A DNA stretch of 59,392 bases from a virus, in IMG/VR virus record IMGVR_UViG_3300045988_149079, positions 1-59,392 of that record; one strand, 5' to 3'. The position numbers and the translations under genes are program-made. Below the pieces are notes generated by a model. That model saw nothing but the letters and a program-made list of their open reading frames with translations, made no database searches and had not been told where the DNA came from. Positions 35,394 through 44,808 of the stretch are shown piece by piece (the stretch's first letter is position 1; every line of letters starts with the position of its first letter).

Positions 35394-37670
35394 TTGGCAT
35401 TATTTGATACTTATTCTAGAAGTTCAAAAGAATTAGACAAAGCATTAAACGAAAAACTAGCCAAAAAAGCTCAACCTAAAAAGAATAGTAATTCTAATAG
35501 TTTATTATCTAGAATAAATCTTATTAGAGAAAGAGTTAAGCAAAACTTATCCGAATATGAAAACGATTACATTATATTAAGAACAGATGAGGAAGTTGTA
35601 AAATATTTTGATAAGATAAGAGAGAATGGTATTTGCTCAATAGATACCGAAACAACTGGTTTAGATTTTTTCGAAGATAAAGTAGTTGGTATATGTTTAT
35701 ACACAGAGGGACTTAAAGCTTCCTACATCCCTCTTAATCATATATCAAGTATTTATCAAACAAGAATAGAAAATCAAGCTAATATAGATTTAGTTATTGA
35801 ACAAATGAAATTGTGTGTGGATCAAGACATAAAATTCATTTATCACAATGGTAAATTCGATATGAATATGCTTGAAACATTTTTAGGATTTCCAATGAAT
35901 TGTCCTTATTGGGATACATTAGTTGCAAGTTATTTAATAACTAATGACGAATTCCAAAGAGGTTTAAAAGATCAATATAGTAAATATTGCAGTCATTTAG
36001 AAAATAAAGATAAGATTACTACATTAAGCCATTTCAATGATTTATTTGATAAAGTAAGATTCGATTATGTTCCTATTGAATGTGGTTATATTTATGCAGC
36101 TAGAGATGCTTGGATGACTTACAAGTTATATGAACATCAACTAGAATTCTTTACCAAACCAGAAAATGATATGGTATATCACTTATTTAAAGATATTGAG
36201 GTACCACTAATTCAAGTAACTGCTTCGATGCAAAGAACTGGTGTGGCAATAGATATGGAATTGGCTGATAAACTTCATAAAGAATATAGTCAGAAGTTGG
36301 AAGAGGTAACTAATAAAGTTTATGAGGAAATAAGTAAATATGAAGATAAGATAATTAAATACAGAATGATTCACTATAATAGTAAATTAAAAGACCCTAT
36401 CAATTTCAACAGTAGTGAACAATTAGCTATATTATTGTATGATATAATAGGTTGTCAAAATAATGATAAAGAAAAACCTAGAGCAACTGGTGAAGAAGTA
36501 CTTAATAAAATAGGTTTACCTTTATGCGATGCTATATTAGAATACAGAAATATAAATAAATTATTAACTACTTATATTGATGCATTACCTAAAAAAGTTG
36601 CTAAAACAGATGGTAGATTACATGCTCAGTTTAATCAAAATGGAGCAGATACTGGAAGATTTAGTTCTTCGGATCCAAATCTACAAAACATTCCTACTAA
36701 AGGTGGAATAAGAAATCTATTTAGAGCAAGCGATGGTATGTATTTAGTTGGAGCAGACTTCTCGCAACAAGAACCAAGAATACTAGCTCATTTATGTCGA
36801 GATGAGAATATGATAAATGCTTATAAAACTGGTAAAGATTTATACAGTACAATGGCTAGTTTAGCATTTCATGTTCCATATGAAGATTGTAGAGAGTTTT
36901 ATCCAGATGGAAAAGTAAATAAAGAAGGTAAAGCTAGAAGAAGTAGAATTAAAGCCGTAGTATTAGGGTTAATGTATGGTAGAGGAGATGCAAGCGTTGC
37001 CGAACAATTAGGCATTACAGTAGATGAAGCAAGAGAATTATCTAATTCATTATTTGAAGGATTTCCTAAAATAAAAGAATATATTGAGAAAAGTAAAATA
37101 AAAGCTAAAGAACAAGGCTATACAACAACATTGTGGGGCAGAAGAAGATATCTAAAATATATTCAAAAGGAAAGATTTGAATATAGCTATGGTATAAATA
37201 GACCTGTTAATTTTGATCCATTATTTGATAGTGATGATAATGTAACTAATGAGGTGGATCAAGAAATAAAAGATTATTATAATCATCAATTAGAAAGAGC
37301 TGGATTTGCTAAAAGAAAACAAATAATAGCTCAGGCAGAAAAAGAAGGAATTATAATAGTAGATAATAGTGGATATGTAGCAGAAGCGGAAAGACAAGTT
37401 GTTAATGGTATTGTTCAAGGATCAGCAGCGGATATGACTAAAAGAGCTATGGTAGCTTTGTTTAATAATAAAGAGTTAAAAGATCTAGGATTTAGATTGT
37501 TGATGTCCGTTCATGATGAAAACATAGGAGAATGTCCGAAAGAAAATGTTAAAAGAGTTAGAGAATTATTAAGCTCTATAATGATAGGAGCTAATAATAA
37601 ATGTTCTGTACCAATGAAATGCGATGCTGAGGTATCTGAATATTGGTATGGACCTAGCATAGAAATATAA
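35394..37670 (+). CDS. Family A DNA polymerase with 3'-5' exonuclease domain
   Basis: Exo motifs 'SIDTETTGL', 'YHNGKFD', 'YAARDA'. Pol motifs A 'DFSQQEPRILA', B 'RRSRIKAVVLGLMYG', C 'SVHDEN'. TTG start. Confidence 0.9.
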   Translation: MALFDTYSRSSKELDKALNEKLAKKAQPKKNSNSNSLLSRINLIRERVKQNLSEYENDYIILRTDEEVVKYFDKIRENGICSIDTETTGLDFFEDKVVGICLYTEGLKASYIPLNHISSIYQTRIENQANIDLVIEQMKLCVDQDIKFIYHNGKFDMNMLETFLGFPMNCPYWDTLVASYLITNDEFQRGLKDQYSKYCSHLENKDKITTLSHFNDLFDKVRFDYVPIECGYIYAARDAWMTYKLYEHQLEFFTKPENDMVYHLFKDIEVPLIQVTASMQRTGVAIDMELADKLHKEYSQKLEEVTNKVYEEISKYEDKIIKYRMIHYNSKLKDPINFNSSEQLAILLYDIIGCQNNDKEKPRATGEEVLNKIGLPLCDAILEYRNINKLLTTYIDALPKKVAKTDGRLHAQFNQNGADTGRFSSSDPNLQNIPTKGGIRNLFRASDGMYLVGADFSQQEPRILAHLCRDENMINAYKTGKDLYSTMASLAFHVPYEDCREFYPDGKVNKEGKARRSRIKAVVLGLMYGRGDASVAEQLGITVDEARELSNSLFEGFPKIKEYIEKSKIKAKEQGYTTTLWGRRRYLKYIQKERFEYSYGINRPVNFDPLFDSDDNVTNEVDQEIKDYYNHQLERAGFAKRKQIIAQAEKEGIIIVDNSGYVAEAERQVVNGIVQGSAADMTKRAMVALFNNKELKDLGFRLLMSVHDENIGECPKENVKRVRELLSSIMIGANNKCSVPMKCDAEVSEYWYGPSIEI

Positions 37671-37681
37671 TAGGAGGTAAT

Positions 37682-38614
37682 ATGAAACCACGTTTTGATT
37701 TATACTTTGCAGGATATTGTAATGATGAAATTACTAAGTTAATAATTGAAAATGATTTTAATCAGTTGCTATCTTATGTAAACGAATATAAGAAAATACC
37801 TTTCTATATGGAGGCCAAGAAAAATGGTTGGAAAGGTAAGTTACTTATAGATTCGGGAGCATTTAGTATTCATAAAAGTGGAAAAACGGCGGATGTAGAT
37901 GCTTATATAGAATTTCTAAATAAGAATCATGAATATTTAGATTATTATATTCAATTAGATGATATTCCTGGTAAATGGGGACAACCAAAAACAGAAGAAC
38001 AAAAAAGAGTTAGTCCTATAAAAACATGGGAAAATTATTTATATATGAGATCTAAATTAGTAGAACCTAAAAAACTATTACCAGTTTTCCATCAAGGAGA
38101 AGATTTCAAATATTTAAGACAAATGTTGGAATATAGAGACGAAAATGGAGAGCCAATTGATTACATGTGTATATCAAGTAATAAAGAAATAAATGCTAAT
38201 AGAAGATTAGAATGGTATAAAAGATGTTATGAAGAAATTCAAAAAAGCAGTAATCCAAACATTAAAACTCATTCCTTAGGAACACAAAGTGAAAAACATT
38301 GCGAAAAGATTCCATTTACAAGTGTTGATGCTACATCTTGGATAATGACTGGAGCTAATGGTAACTTGTATACTAAATGGGGATCTAAAACAATAAGCGA
38401 TATGCAAAAAGGAAAGAAGAAAAATGTTATAAATGATAGAAGCTTTGAAGTATTCAAAAATTATGTAGAAGAAAATGGATTTACAGTAGAAGATCTAGCT
38501 AATAAAAGTGACGAAAGAGTAAAATGGAATTGCTTATATCTTGGTAAATGGGCTAGAGATGTAAGAGAATATAAAGGCCCTAAATCATTCAAAAATAATG
38601 GGAGGTTATTTTAA
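37682..38614 (+). CDS. dpdA: DpdA-like DNA (7-deazaguanine) transglycosylase
   Basis: 310 aa with 'LLIDSGAFSIH' near the N-terminus, adjacent to queC/D/E and folE. Confidence 0.6.
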   Translation: MKPRFDLYFAGYCNDEITKLIIENDFNQLLSYVNEYKKIPFYMEAKKNGWKGKLLIDSGAFSIHKSGKTADVDAYIEFLNKNHEYLDYYIQLDDIPGKWGQPKTEEQKRVSPIKTWENYLYMRSKLVEPKKLLPVFHQGEDFKYLRQMLEYRDENGEPIDYMCISSNKEINANRRLEWYKRCYEEIQKSSNPNIKTHSLGTQSEKHCEKIPFTSVDATSWIMTGANGNLYTKWGSKTISDMQKGKKKNVINDRSFEVFKNYVEENGFTVEDLANKSDERVKWNCLYLGKWARDVREYKGPKSFKNNGRLF

Positions 38615-39327
38615 TGAAAAAAGTGTTATTATATAGTGGAGGAATGGATAGTTGGTTAATTAGTCATATTTGGAAACCAGATATGAAGGTATATGTTAAT
38701 ATGCACACTAGATATTCTGAAGAAGAAATAAAAAGAATTAAGGAATTAAATGAAGATGTTACAATTATAGATTTTCCGTTAGGTCAATGGGAAAGAGAAG
38801 ATGCTATTATTCCATTAAGAAATCTATATTTAGTTATGGCTATATGTAATTTAACTGGATCTGAAGATATAGATATTTGTTTAGGAGCTACAGCAGGAGA
38901 TAGAGTATTAGATAAAAGTCCAGAATTTGCAGAAAAAGCAACTGAATTATTAAATTATTTATATCAACCACAACATTGGATACCAGAAGGTAAAAAGGTT
39001 AGAGTCAATATTGATTTTAAATCTAAAACTAAAACAGAACTAATCGAAGAGTTTATAAAACAAGGTGGAGATATCAACGAAGCATTTAATAGATCATTTA
39101 GTTGTTATAATCCAGTAGATGGACATGAATGTTGGCAATGTAAACCTTGCTTTAGAAAGTTTGTTAGTTTTGCTTTAAATGGTATGGAATTTCCAGAAGA
39201 AGTTAGTAATACAGCATTAGATTACATTCAAAGAGAAATTGAGCCTCAAATAGATAATGGAACTTATGGTAGAGCTCATGAAGAAGAAGAAATTAAAAAG
39301 GTATTGAAATTATATGGCAGAAGGTAG
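38614..39327 (+). CDS. queC: 7-cyano-7-deazaguanine synthase (QueC-like, divergent)
   Basis: PP-loop 'LLYSGGMDSW' and a C-terminal Cys cluster 'SCYNPVDGHECWQCKPC'. Confidence 0.7.
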   Translation: MKKVLLYSGGMDSWLISHIWKPDMKVYVNMHTRYSEEEIKRIKELNEDVTIIDFPLGQWEREDAIIPLRNLYLVMAICNLTGSEDIDICLGATAGDRVLDKSPEFAEKATELLNYLYQPQHWIPEGKKVRVNIDFKSKTKTELIEEFIKQGGDINEAFNRSFSCYNPVDGHECWQCKPCFRKFVSFALNGMEFPEEVSNTALDYIQREIEPQIDNGTYGRAHEEEEIKKVLKLYGRR

Positions 39328-39694
39328 AAGACATATAATAGCGGTAGATTTCGATGGTACATTAACCGAGAAATCTCCCTACCCTATAATGGGCAAAATA
39401 AGAGAAGATGCTATAAAGTATATAAATAAATTATATAATGACGGATATCTTTTGGTTCTATGGACATGTAGATCAGGAGATTTCTTAGAAGAAGCTATAA
39501 ATGCGTTAAAGGAGGCTAGAATATTTCATTGCTTTACTTTTGTAAACGAAGATGGATTAGGAAATAGTTCCAGAAAGATTGTAGCAGCCTTTTATATAGA
39601 TGACAGATCCATCATGAAAGACATTGATTGGGAAGAAATATATAATTACATTAAAAATAATATTTCCGTTAAAATGGGAGGAAAAAATGAATAA
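39314..39694 (+). CDS. HAD-superfamily phosphatase-like protein
   Basis: Motif I 'IAVDFDGTLT'. 126 aa. Confidence 0.55.
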   Translation: MAEGRRHIIAVDFDGTLTEKSPYPIMGKIREDAIKYINKLYNDGYLLVLWTCRSGDFLEEAINALKEARIFHCFTFVNEDGLGNSSRKIVAAFYIDDRSIMKDIDWEEIYNYIKNNISVKMGGKNE

Positions 39695-40079
39695 AAAAGT
39701 ATATACTTGGAAAGATGTTGAAGATTATATCAACAATGTTTCTAAAAGAATTAAAGAGGAAGTCAATTTAGACGAATGTCCTGGAATATTTACATTTCTA
39801 AGAGGAGGATTAGTTTTAGCAGTAATGCTATCTCATAAATTAGACTTACCTATATTATCAAATCCAGCTAAGAATTGTATCATCATAGATGATATATGCG
39901 ATACTGGTATAACATTAAAGAAATATTCAGAAGAAAAATCTAGGAAAAATTATTTTATAACAACTATGTTGGTTCAAGAAGATCAGTTATCTGAAACAGC
40001 AGAATATAATTGTGTTGTAGATTATTTCGAATATATTAAGCATAAAGATTGGGTTGTGTACCCTTGGGAGATGGAATAG
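39687..40079 (+). CDS. Type I phosphoribosyltransferase (xanthine/guanine PRTase-like)
   Basis: Start moved to ATG 39687 (SD 'gggagg'). PRPP-binding loop 'CIIIDDICDTGITL'. The C-terminal 'WVVYPWE' is Gpt-like. Confidence 0.65.
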   Translation: MNKKVYTWKDVEDYINNVSKRIKEEVNLDECPGIFTFLRGGLVLAVMLSHKLDLPILSNPAKNCIIIDDICDTGITLKKYSEEKSRKNYFITTMLVQEDQLSETAEYNCVVDYFEYIKHKDWVVYPWEME

Positions 40080-40080
40080 T

Positions 40081-40287
40081 ATGAATATAGAATTATTAGG
40101 CTTATTAGCCACATTATTTATAGTATTAGCTTTTTGTTTTAATGATAAAAAACTAATAAGATTATTTGATTCTATTGGAGCATTATTATTTGTAATATAT
40201 GGTTTAATAACAGGAGCTTTAAGTGTTTGGATATTAAATGCTATACTAATAATAGTAAATGCTTATAAAATCATAAAAAAGAAATAA
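40081..40287 (+). CDS. Small integral membrane protein (68 aa, 2-3 TM)
   Basis: Start ATG 40081. Hydrophobic segments 'LLGLLATLFIVLAFCF' and 'IGALLFVIYGLITGALSVWILNAILIIV'. Confidence 0.55.
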   Translation: MNIELLGLLATLFIVLAFCFNDKKLIRLFDSIGALLFVIYGLITGALSVWILNAILIIVNAYKIIKKK

Positions 40288-40290
40288 ATA

Positions 40291-40299
40291 TCGTATAAT
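40291..40299 (+). promoter_or_regulatory. Conserved TCGTATAAT promoter-like element
   Basis: Exact 9-mer, 19 nt upstream of ATG 40319 (queD). Confidence 0.5.
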
Positions 40300-40318
40300 A
40301 TTAGTGAGGAGGAAAATT

Positions 40319-40768
40319 ATGGAAAAAGTAAGAATTACAAGACATGAAGAGTTTGAAACAGCTCATTTATTGCCTCATTATGATGGTGGTTGTGGAAATC
40401 TTCATGGCCATAGTTACAAAATTGAAGTAACTGTGGAAGGTCCAAGAGGTAATGTACCATTCGATATGGTTATGGATTTCAAGGATCTAAAGAAAGCTAT
40501 TAAAGCAGTTATACCAGATCATATGTTTGTTTACAAAGATGGAGATGAAATAAGCGAAAAAATAGCTAAAGTATTAGATGAATATAATCTTAAATATGTA
40601 AGATATCCATTCTTTACAACAGCAGAAAATATGGCTGGTTATTTTGCAGAATTGATTGATAATTATATTAAAGCTGAATTAGGTTATAGCGAAGTAGATG
40701 TAGTGGAAGTTAATCTTTGGGAAACTACAAATAGTCATGCTACTTGGAGGAAAGAAGACAATGAATAA
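40319..40768 (+). CDS. queD: 6-carboxy-5,6,7,8-tetrahydropterin synthase (QueD)
   Basis: 'FETAHLLPHYDGGCGNLHGHSY' is the QueD/PTPS signature. Confidence 0.8.
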   Translation: MEKVRITRHEEFETAHLLPHYDGGCGNLHGHSYKIEVTVEGPRGNVPFDMVMDFKDLKKAIKAVIPDHMFVYKDGDEISEKIAKVLDEYNLKYVRYPFFTTAENMAGYFAELIDNYIKAELGYSEVDVVEVNLWETTNSHATWRKEDNE

Positions 40769-41504
40769 TAAAACTATTCCAGTAGCTGAAATATTTGGTC
40801 CTACAATTCAAGGAGAAGGTCCAAATGTTGGTATAAAAACATTATTCGTAAGAGTAGCTGGTTGCGACTTTAAGTGTGCTTGGTGCGATAGTAAGTTTGC
40901 TTGGAAAATAGATGGTAATGTTAAAAGATATGATCCATATGATTTAGTAAGCGAAATAATAAATACATGCAGAGAAACAAATACAGCTAATGTAGTATTA
41001 ACTGGTGGTAACCCATGTCTATATGATTTCGATAAAGTTATAGACTTACTAAAGGATATTGGAATATCTATAGATGTAGAAACACAAGGAAGTATATTAC
41101 CAGATTGGTTATATAAAGTTGATCAATTAGTAATAAGTCCTAAAGCACCTAGTAGCGGACAAAAAGATGTTTATGATAATGTATTAAAATTCTTATCTAA
41201 TGAAGAAAAAGTACCAGTAGGTTATAATGTAGCTATAAAAATTCCAGTTTTTAATGAAGAAGATTTTAAGTTTGCGGAAAGATATTATGAATTAGTTCAA
41301 CAAGTAATTTGGAATACTAATGTAAATGCTAAGATGTATTTAAGTGTTGGAAATACTAATACTAATGAAGCAGGAGATATTAGTAAAAGAGTTTTATTAG
41401 ACTATGAATCCCTAATAAATAGAACTATGGAAAGTGGAATGAAAAAAGTTTATGTATTACCACAAGTACATACCTTAGTTTGGGGAAATAAGCAAGGAGT
41501 GTAG
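40761..41504 (+). CDS. queE: 7-carboxy-7-deazaguanine synthase (QueE, radical SAM)
   Basis: 'EIFGPTIQGEGPNVG' and the cluster 'CDFKCAWCDS'. Start ATG 40761 (SD 'ggagg'). Confidence 0.8.
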   Translation: MNNKTIPVAEIFGPTIQGEGPNVGIKTLFVRVAGCDFKCAWCDSKFAWKIDGNVKRYDPYDLVSEIINTCRETNTANVVLTGGNPCLYDFDKVIDLLKDIGISIDVETQGSILPDWLYKVDQLVISPKAPSSGQKDVYDNVLKFLSNEEKVPVGYNVAIKIPVFNEEDFKFAERYYELVQQVIWNTNVNAKMYLSVGNTNTNEAGDISKRVLLDYESLINRTMESGMKKVYVLPQVHTLVWGNKQGV

Positions 41505-41506
41505 AT

Positions 41507-42115
41507 ATGAAAGAGTTTAATTATGAAGCAGTGAAGTCTGCTACAAGAGATTTACTTATTGCTATGGGAGAGGATCCAGATAGAGAAGGATTAAAAGAAA
41601 CTCCTAGAAGAGTAGCTGGTTATTGGAAAGAATTATTAGAAGGAAATAATTACACTAATGCCGAAATAGCAGAAAAATTTTCAAAAGAATTTGAAGTTGG
41701 TTATGATCCAATGGTAACAGAATATATAAAAAATGTTTATAGTCATTGCGAACATCACTTAGCTTTAATGTTTAATGGTAATGTTATAGTTGGATATTTA
41801 CCAGTTAAAAATGAAAATGGAACATTCAAAGTATTAGGTTTAAGTAAGATAAATAGAATTGTTGATCTTTGTTCAAAAAGATTACAACTTCAAGAAAAAT
41901 TAGCTAGTGATATAGCAGAATGTATTTCTTTAGCTACTGGATCTAAAGAAGTTTATGTTAATTTACATATGAGTCATGGTTGCGTTTCTGCAAGAGGACC
42001 TAAGTCAGAATCTAATACAAATGTGACATATATGACAAAGGAATTAAGAGAAAATAAAGAATGCAGAAATGAATTCGAAAGAAAAGCTACTGAAATGATT
42101 TTAAGAAATAAATAA
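41507..42115 (+). CDS. folE: GTP cyclohydrolase I (FolE)
   Basis: 'DPDREGLKETPRRVA' and 'SHCEHHL' are FolE signatures. Confidence 0.85.
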   Translation: MKEFNYEAVKSATRDLLIAMGEDPDREGLKETPRRVAGYWKELLEGNNYTNAEIAEKFSKEFEVGYDPMVTEYIKNVYSHCEHHLALMFNGNVIVGYLPVKNENGTFKVLGLSKINRIVDLCSKRLQLQEKLASDIAECISLATGSKEVYVNLHMSHGCVSARGPKSESNTNVTYMTKELRENKECRNEFERKATEMILRNK

Positions 42116-42127
42116 TAGGAGGAAAAT

Positions 42128-43225
42128 ATGATTAAGATTAAAACAGCATTATTACAAGATATGCTTGACAAAGCAATGAAAGTTGCTAAAATTAAGGACA
42201 ATGATATAGCACCTTTATCATCATTGTTAGAAATAACTGTAGATAATAATGTATTTTACATAAGAGCTACAGATGGTGTTAATAATTTAATTGTTAAATC
42301 ACCTATTGAAGGAGAAAATGATAATACTAGAATAGTAGTAGATACTAAAGTATTACCATTACTAATTCCTAAAATGACCACTGAATATATTGAATTAAAT
42401 ATTTCAGAAAATTCATTAACTATAGTTGGTAATGGTGTTTATTATTTAGATATCAGAATTGATGAAAATGGGGATATTATTAAATTCCCTAAATTAGAAT
42501 ATGACGTTTCTAAAGCTAATAAAGAAATATCATTTACAGAATTAGCACAAAAATTATCTACTTGTTCTCCAGCTATTCCAGACAATTTAGATAATAAAGA
42601 GTTAAACAATTTCTATATTAAAGATAGAATAATTGCTACAAATGCTTTTATTATTACATCTATTGCAGGAGAAGAAGGAATAAATGAAAATGCTATCTAT
42701 GTTGGAGAAGATCTTGGTAGACAAATAATTTCATTAAACTTCGATAAAGCAAAATATTATGTTGAAAACGATAAAATATATTTTGTAGGAGATAATTTTA
42801 TTTTAAATGGGGAAGTAAATAATGATTCATCAAAAAGATATCCGTTAGACGCAATATTAAGCACAGTAAATATTCCATTAAATAATAGTGCTAAGATAGA
42901 TAGAAACGAATTATTAAGTCTTATTGAAAGATTAAGCTTATTTGTAAGTGAATATGATGATAACTCAGTTCAAGTTACATTTAAGAAAGATAGAATGACT
43001 ATTTTCACTAAGAAAAATAGTTCAGAAGATATAATGTATAAAGAAGCTAATGTGGATAATTTAATTGAATTTACATGTAAGATTCATATAAATCATTTAA
43101 AGGCTCAATTATCCTCACTAGAAAACGAAGTTGTTACTATTGAATTTGGTGGTAGCGATCAAGTAGTTAAGTTAATAGATACTGATGTAGTTCAAGTTAT
43201 TTCCCTAATGTTGGAAAACGAATAA
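42128..43225 (+). CDS. DNA polymerase sliding clamp (beta-clamp-like)
   Basis: 365 aa. The N-terminus 'IKTALLQDMLDKAMKV...LLEITVDNNVFYIRATDG' resembles DnaN domain I. Confidence 0.65.
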   Translation: MIKIKTALLQDMLDKAMKVAKIKDNDIAPLSSLLEITVDNNVFYIRATDGVNNLIVKSPIEGENDNTRIVVDTKVLPLLIPKMTTEYIELNISENSLTIVGNGVYYLDIRIDENGDIIKFPKLEYDVSKANKEISFTELAQKLSTCSPAIPDNLDNKELNNFYIKDRIIATNAFIITSIAGEEGINENAIYVGEDLGRQIISLNFDKAKYYVENDKIYFVGDNFILNGEVNNDSSKRYPLDAILSTVNIPLNNSAKIDRNELLSLIERLSLFVSEYDDNSVQVTFKKDRMTIFTKKNSSEDIMYKEANVDNLIEFTCKIHINHLKAQLSSLENEVVTIEFGGSDQVVKLIDTDVVQVISLMLENE

Positions 43226-43226
43226 A

Positions 43227-44066
43227 ATGGCTAGAGGATTATTTTCAGTCTCTAATTTAGTAAAAGAAAAGGAGGCTAACAAGAATGTGGCCTCCTTATT
43301 TCTTAAAAGAATAGAAGAAGCTATTGTAAAATTAGAGCCAGAATATAAACCATCTATATATTACAAACCATCAAGTCTTGTTTGTTTAAGACAGATGTAT
43401 TTTACAAGAAAGGGAATTCCACCAGAGGATGAGATAAAGGATCCATCTTTTATAGGGATATGCGAATCAGGATCCGATAGACATAATAGAATACAAAATG
43501 TTTTATCTCATATGAAAGATTTGGGAATGGAATTTGAATATATAGATGTTGAAACTTATGTCAAAGAACATAACTTAACTGATATAGAAATAAAAGAGAA
43601 AAAGGGAATGGAAACACATTGTTTCAATAAAAGATATAATATTAGTTTCTTTACAGATGGTATTATTAAGTTTATACCTGAGAATAAATATTTTATATTT
43701 GAATATAAAACTGAAACAACACAGAAATTCAGTAAAAGGGATGAAGAGGAGATCATTCATAGAACTCAAGCTGCTGCTTACGCTTTAAGCTTTGGTATAG
43801 ATGATACGTTATTTGTTTATGAGGATAGAAATTTCTGTAATAAGAAAGCATTTCATTTTCATGTAACAGAAGAAGATAAAAGAGTAAAAGTAGCGGATAA
43901 AATAAATACTTGTGAAAGATATTTAAAGGAAGATAAAGTTCCACCTAAAATTACAAATAAAGATATTGATCCTACTATGGACTGGGGACAAGATAGAGTT
44001 AATGGTCCATCAGCTAAGATTTGTCAGTATTGTAAATATAAAAAAGAATGTTGTAAACATCTATGA
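43227..44066 (+). CDS. PD-(D/E)XK exonuclease (Cas4/RecB-like, Fe-S type)
   Basis: N-terminal Cys ('SSLVCLRQ') plus a C-terminal 'CQYCKYKKEC' cluster. 'IFEYKT' core motif. Confidence 0.6.
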   Translation: MARGLFSVSNLVKEKEANKNVASLFLKRIEEAIVKLEPEYKPSIYYKPSSLVCLRQMYFTRKGIPPEDEIKDPSFIGICESGSDRHNRIQNVLSHMKDLGMEFEYIDVETYVKEHNLTDIEIKEKKGMETHCFNKRYNISFFTDGIIKFIPENKYFIFEYKTETTQKFSKRDEEEIIHRTQAAAYALSFGIDDTLFVYEDRNFCNKKAFHFHVTEEDKRVKVADKINTCERYLKEDKVPPKITNKDIDPTMDWGQDRVNGPSAKICQYCKYKKECCKHL

Positions 44067-44215
44067 GTTCACAAGAATTATTTGAATATCTATATCCAGT
44101 GGGATCATATTTTCTTTCTAAAAATAGAAATATGATATTTCCTGCTGGAAAATGGATATATGTAGGAATTACTATTTTAGGTGAAGGAGCTTACGTTTTC
44201 AGAAGAGTTAAATGA
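44063..44215 (+). CDS. 50-aa ORF with similarity to the N-terminal motif of the fibre-tip paralogs
   Basis: Not in the track. ATGA overlap with the nuclease stop. 'YPVGSYFLSKNRNMIFPAGKW' compares with 'PIGSIYISVNNTNPSTYFGGTW' of 16554-16997. Confidence 0.35.
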   Translation: MSSQELFEYLYPVGSYFLSKNRNMIFPAGKWIYVGITILGEGAYVFRRVK

Positions 44216-44225
44216 GGAGGTCAAA

Positions 44226-44582
44226 ATGTCAATAAATAGTAAAAAGAAAGGTGCAGCCGGCGAAAGAGAGTTTGCTAATTATTGTAAAACAAAAGGATTT
44301 GATACTAGAAGAACAGCTCAGTATAATGGTAAAGAATTAGATTCTAAAGCCGATGTAATAGGTATACCTGGTATACATATAGAAGTAAAGAGAGTTGAAA
44401 AATTAAATATAGATGCTGCAGTAGAACAAGCAGTTAGAGATAGTAAAGGTCATGGGGAAATTCCTATGGTAGCTCATAGAAAGAATAATAAACAATGGTT
44501 AATAACAATGACTGCCGATGACTGGTTTAAATTATGGTATGGAGTAGAGGAGGATAAAGATGAGCCTAAAAAAGAAAATTAG
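44226..44582 (+). CDS. Holliday-junction resolvase-like PD-(D/E)XK nuclease
   Basis: Start ATG 44226 (SD 'gaggagg'). 'KKGAAGEREFANYCKTKGF...ADVIG...HIEVKR' pattern. Confidence 0.55.
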   Translation: MSINSKKKGAAGEREFANYCKTKGFDTRRTAQYNGKELDSKADVIGIPGIHIEVKRVEKLNIDAAVEQAVRDSKGHGEIPMVAHRKNNKQWLITMTADDWFKLWYGVEEDKDEPKKEN

Positions 44583-44808
44583 AGATAATAATGATAAAAA
44601 GGTTTTAAAACAGATGTTTGGTAAAGAACCTAAACATAGATGTAGTAAGTGTCATAGATTTAGTTTATTTAATTACAATGATCCTAAGTTGAAACCTTTC
44701 AATGGTTGTGTTATGTGTTATCTTATTGAAGAAACTCGAAAGGAGAGGGAAAACAATGAGGGAACTGAACAGGGAATCGATATTGAACAAACAAATCCAG
44801 GAGAATAG
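44560..44808 (+). CDS. Hypothetical zinc-ribbon protein
   Basis: 'CSKCHRF...CVMCY'. Confidence 0.45.
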   Translation: MSLKKKIRDNNDKKVLKQMFGKEPKHRCSKCHRFSLFNYNDPKLKPFNGCVMCYLIEETRKERENNEGTEQGIDIEQTNPGE

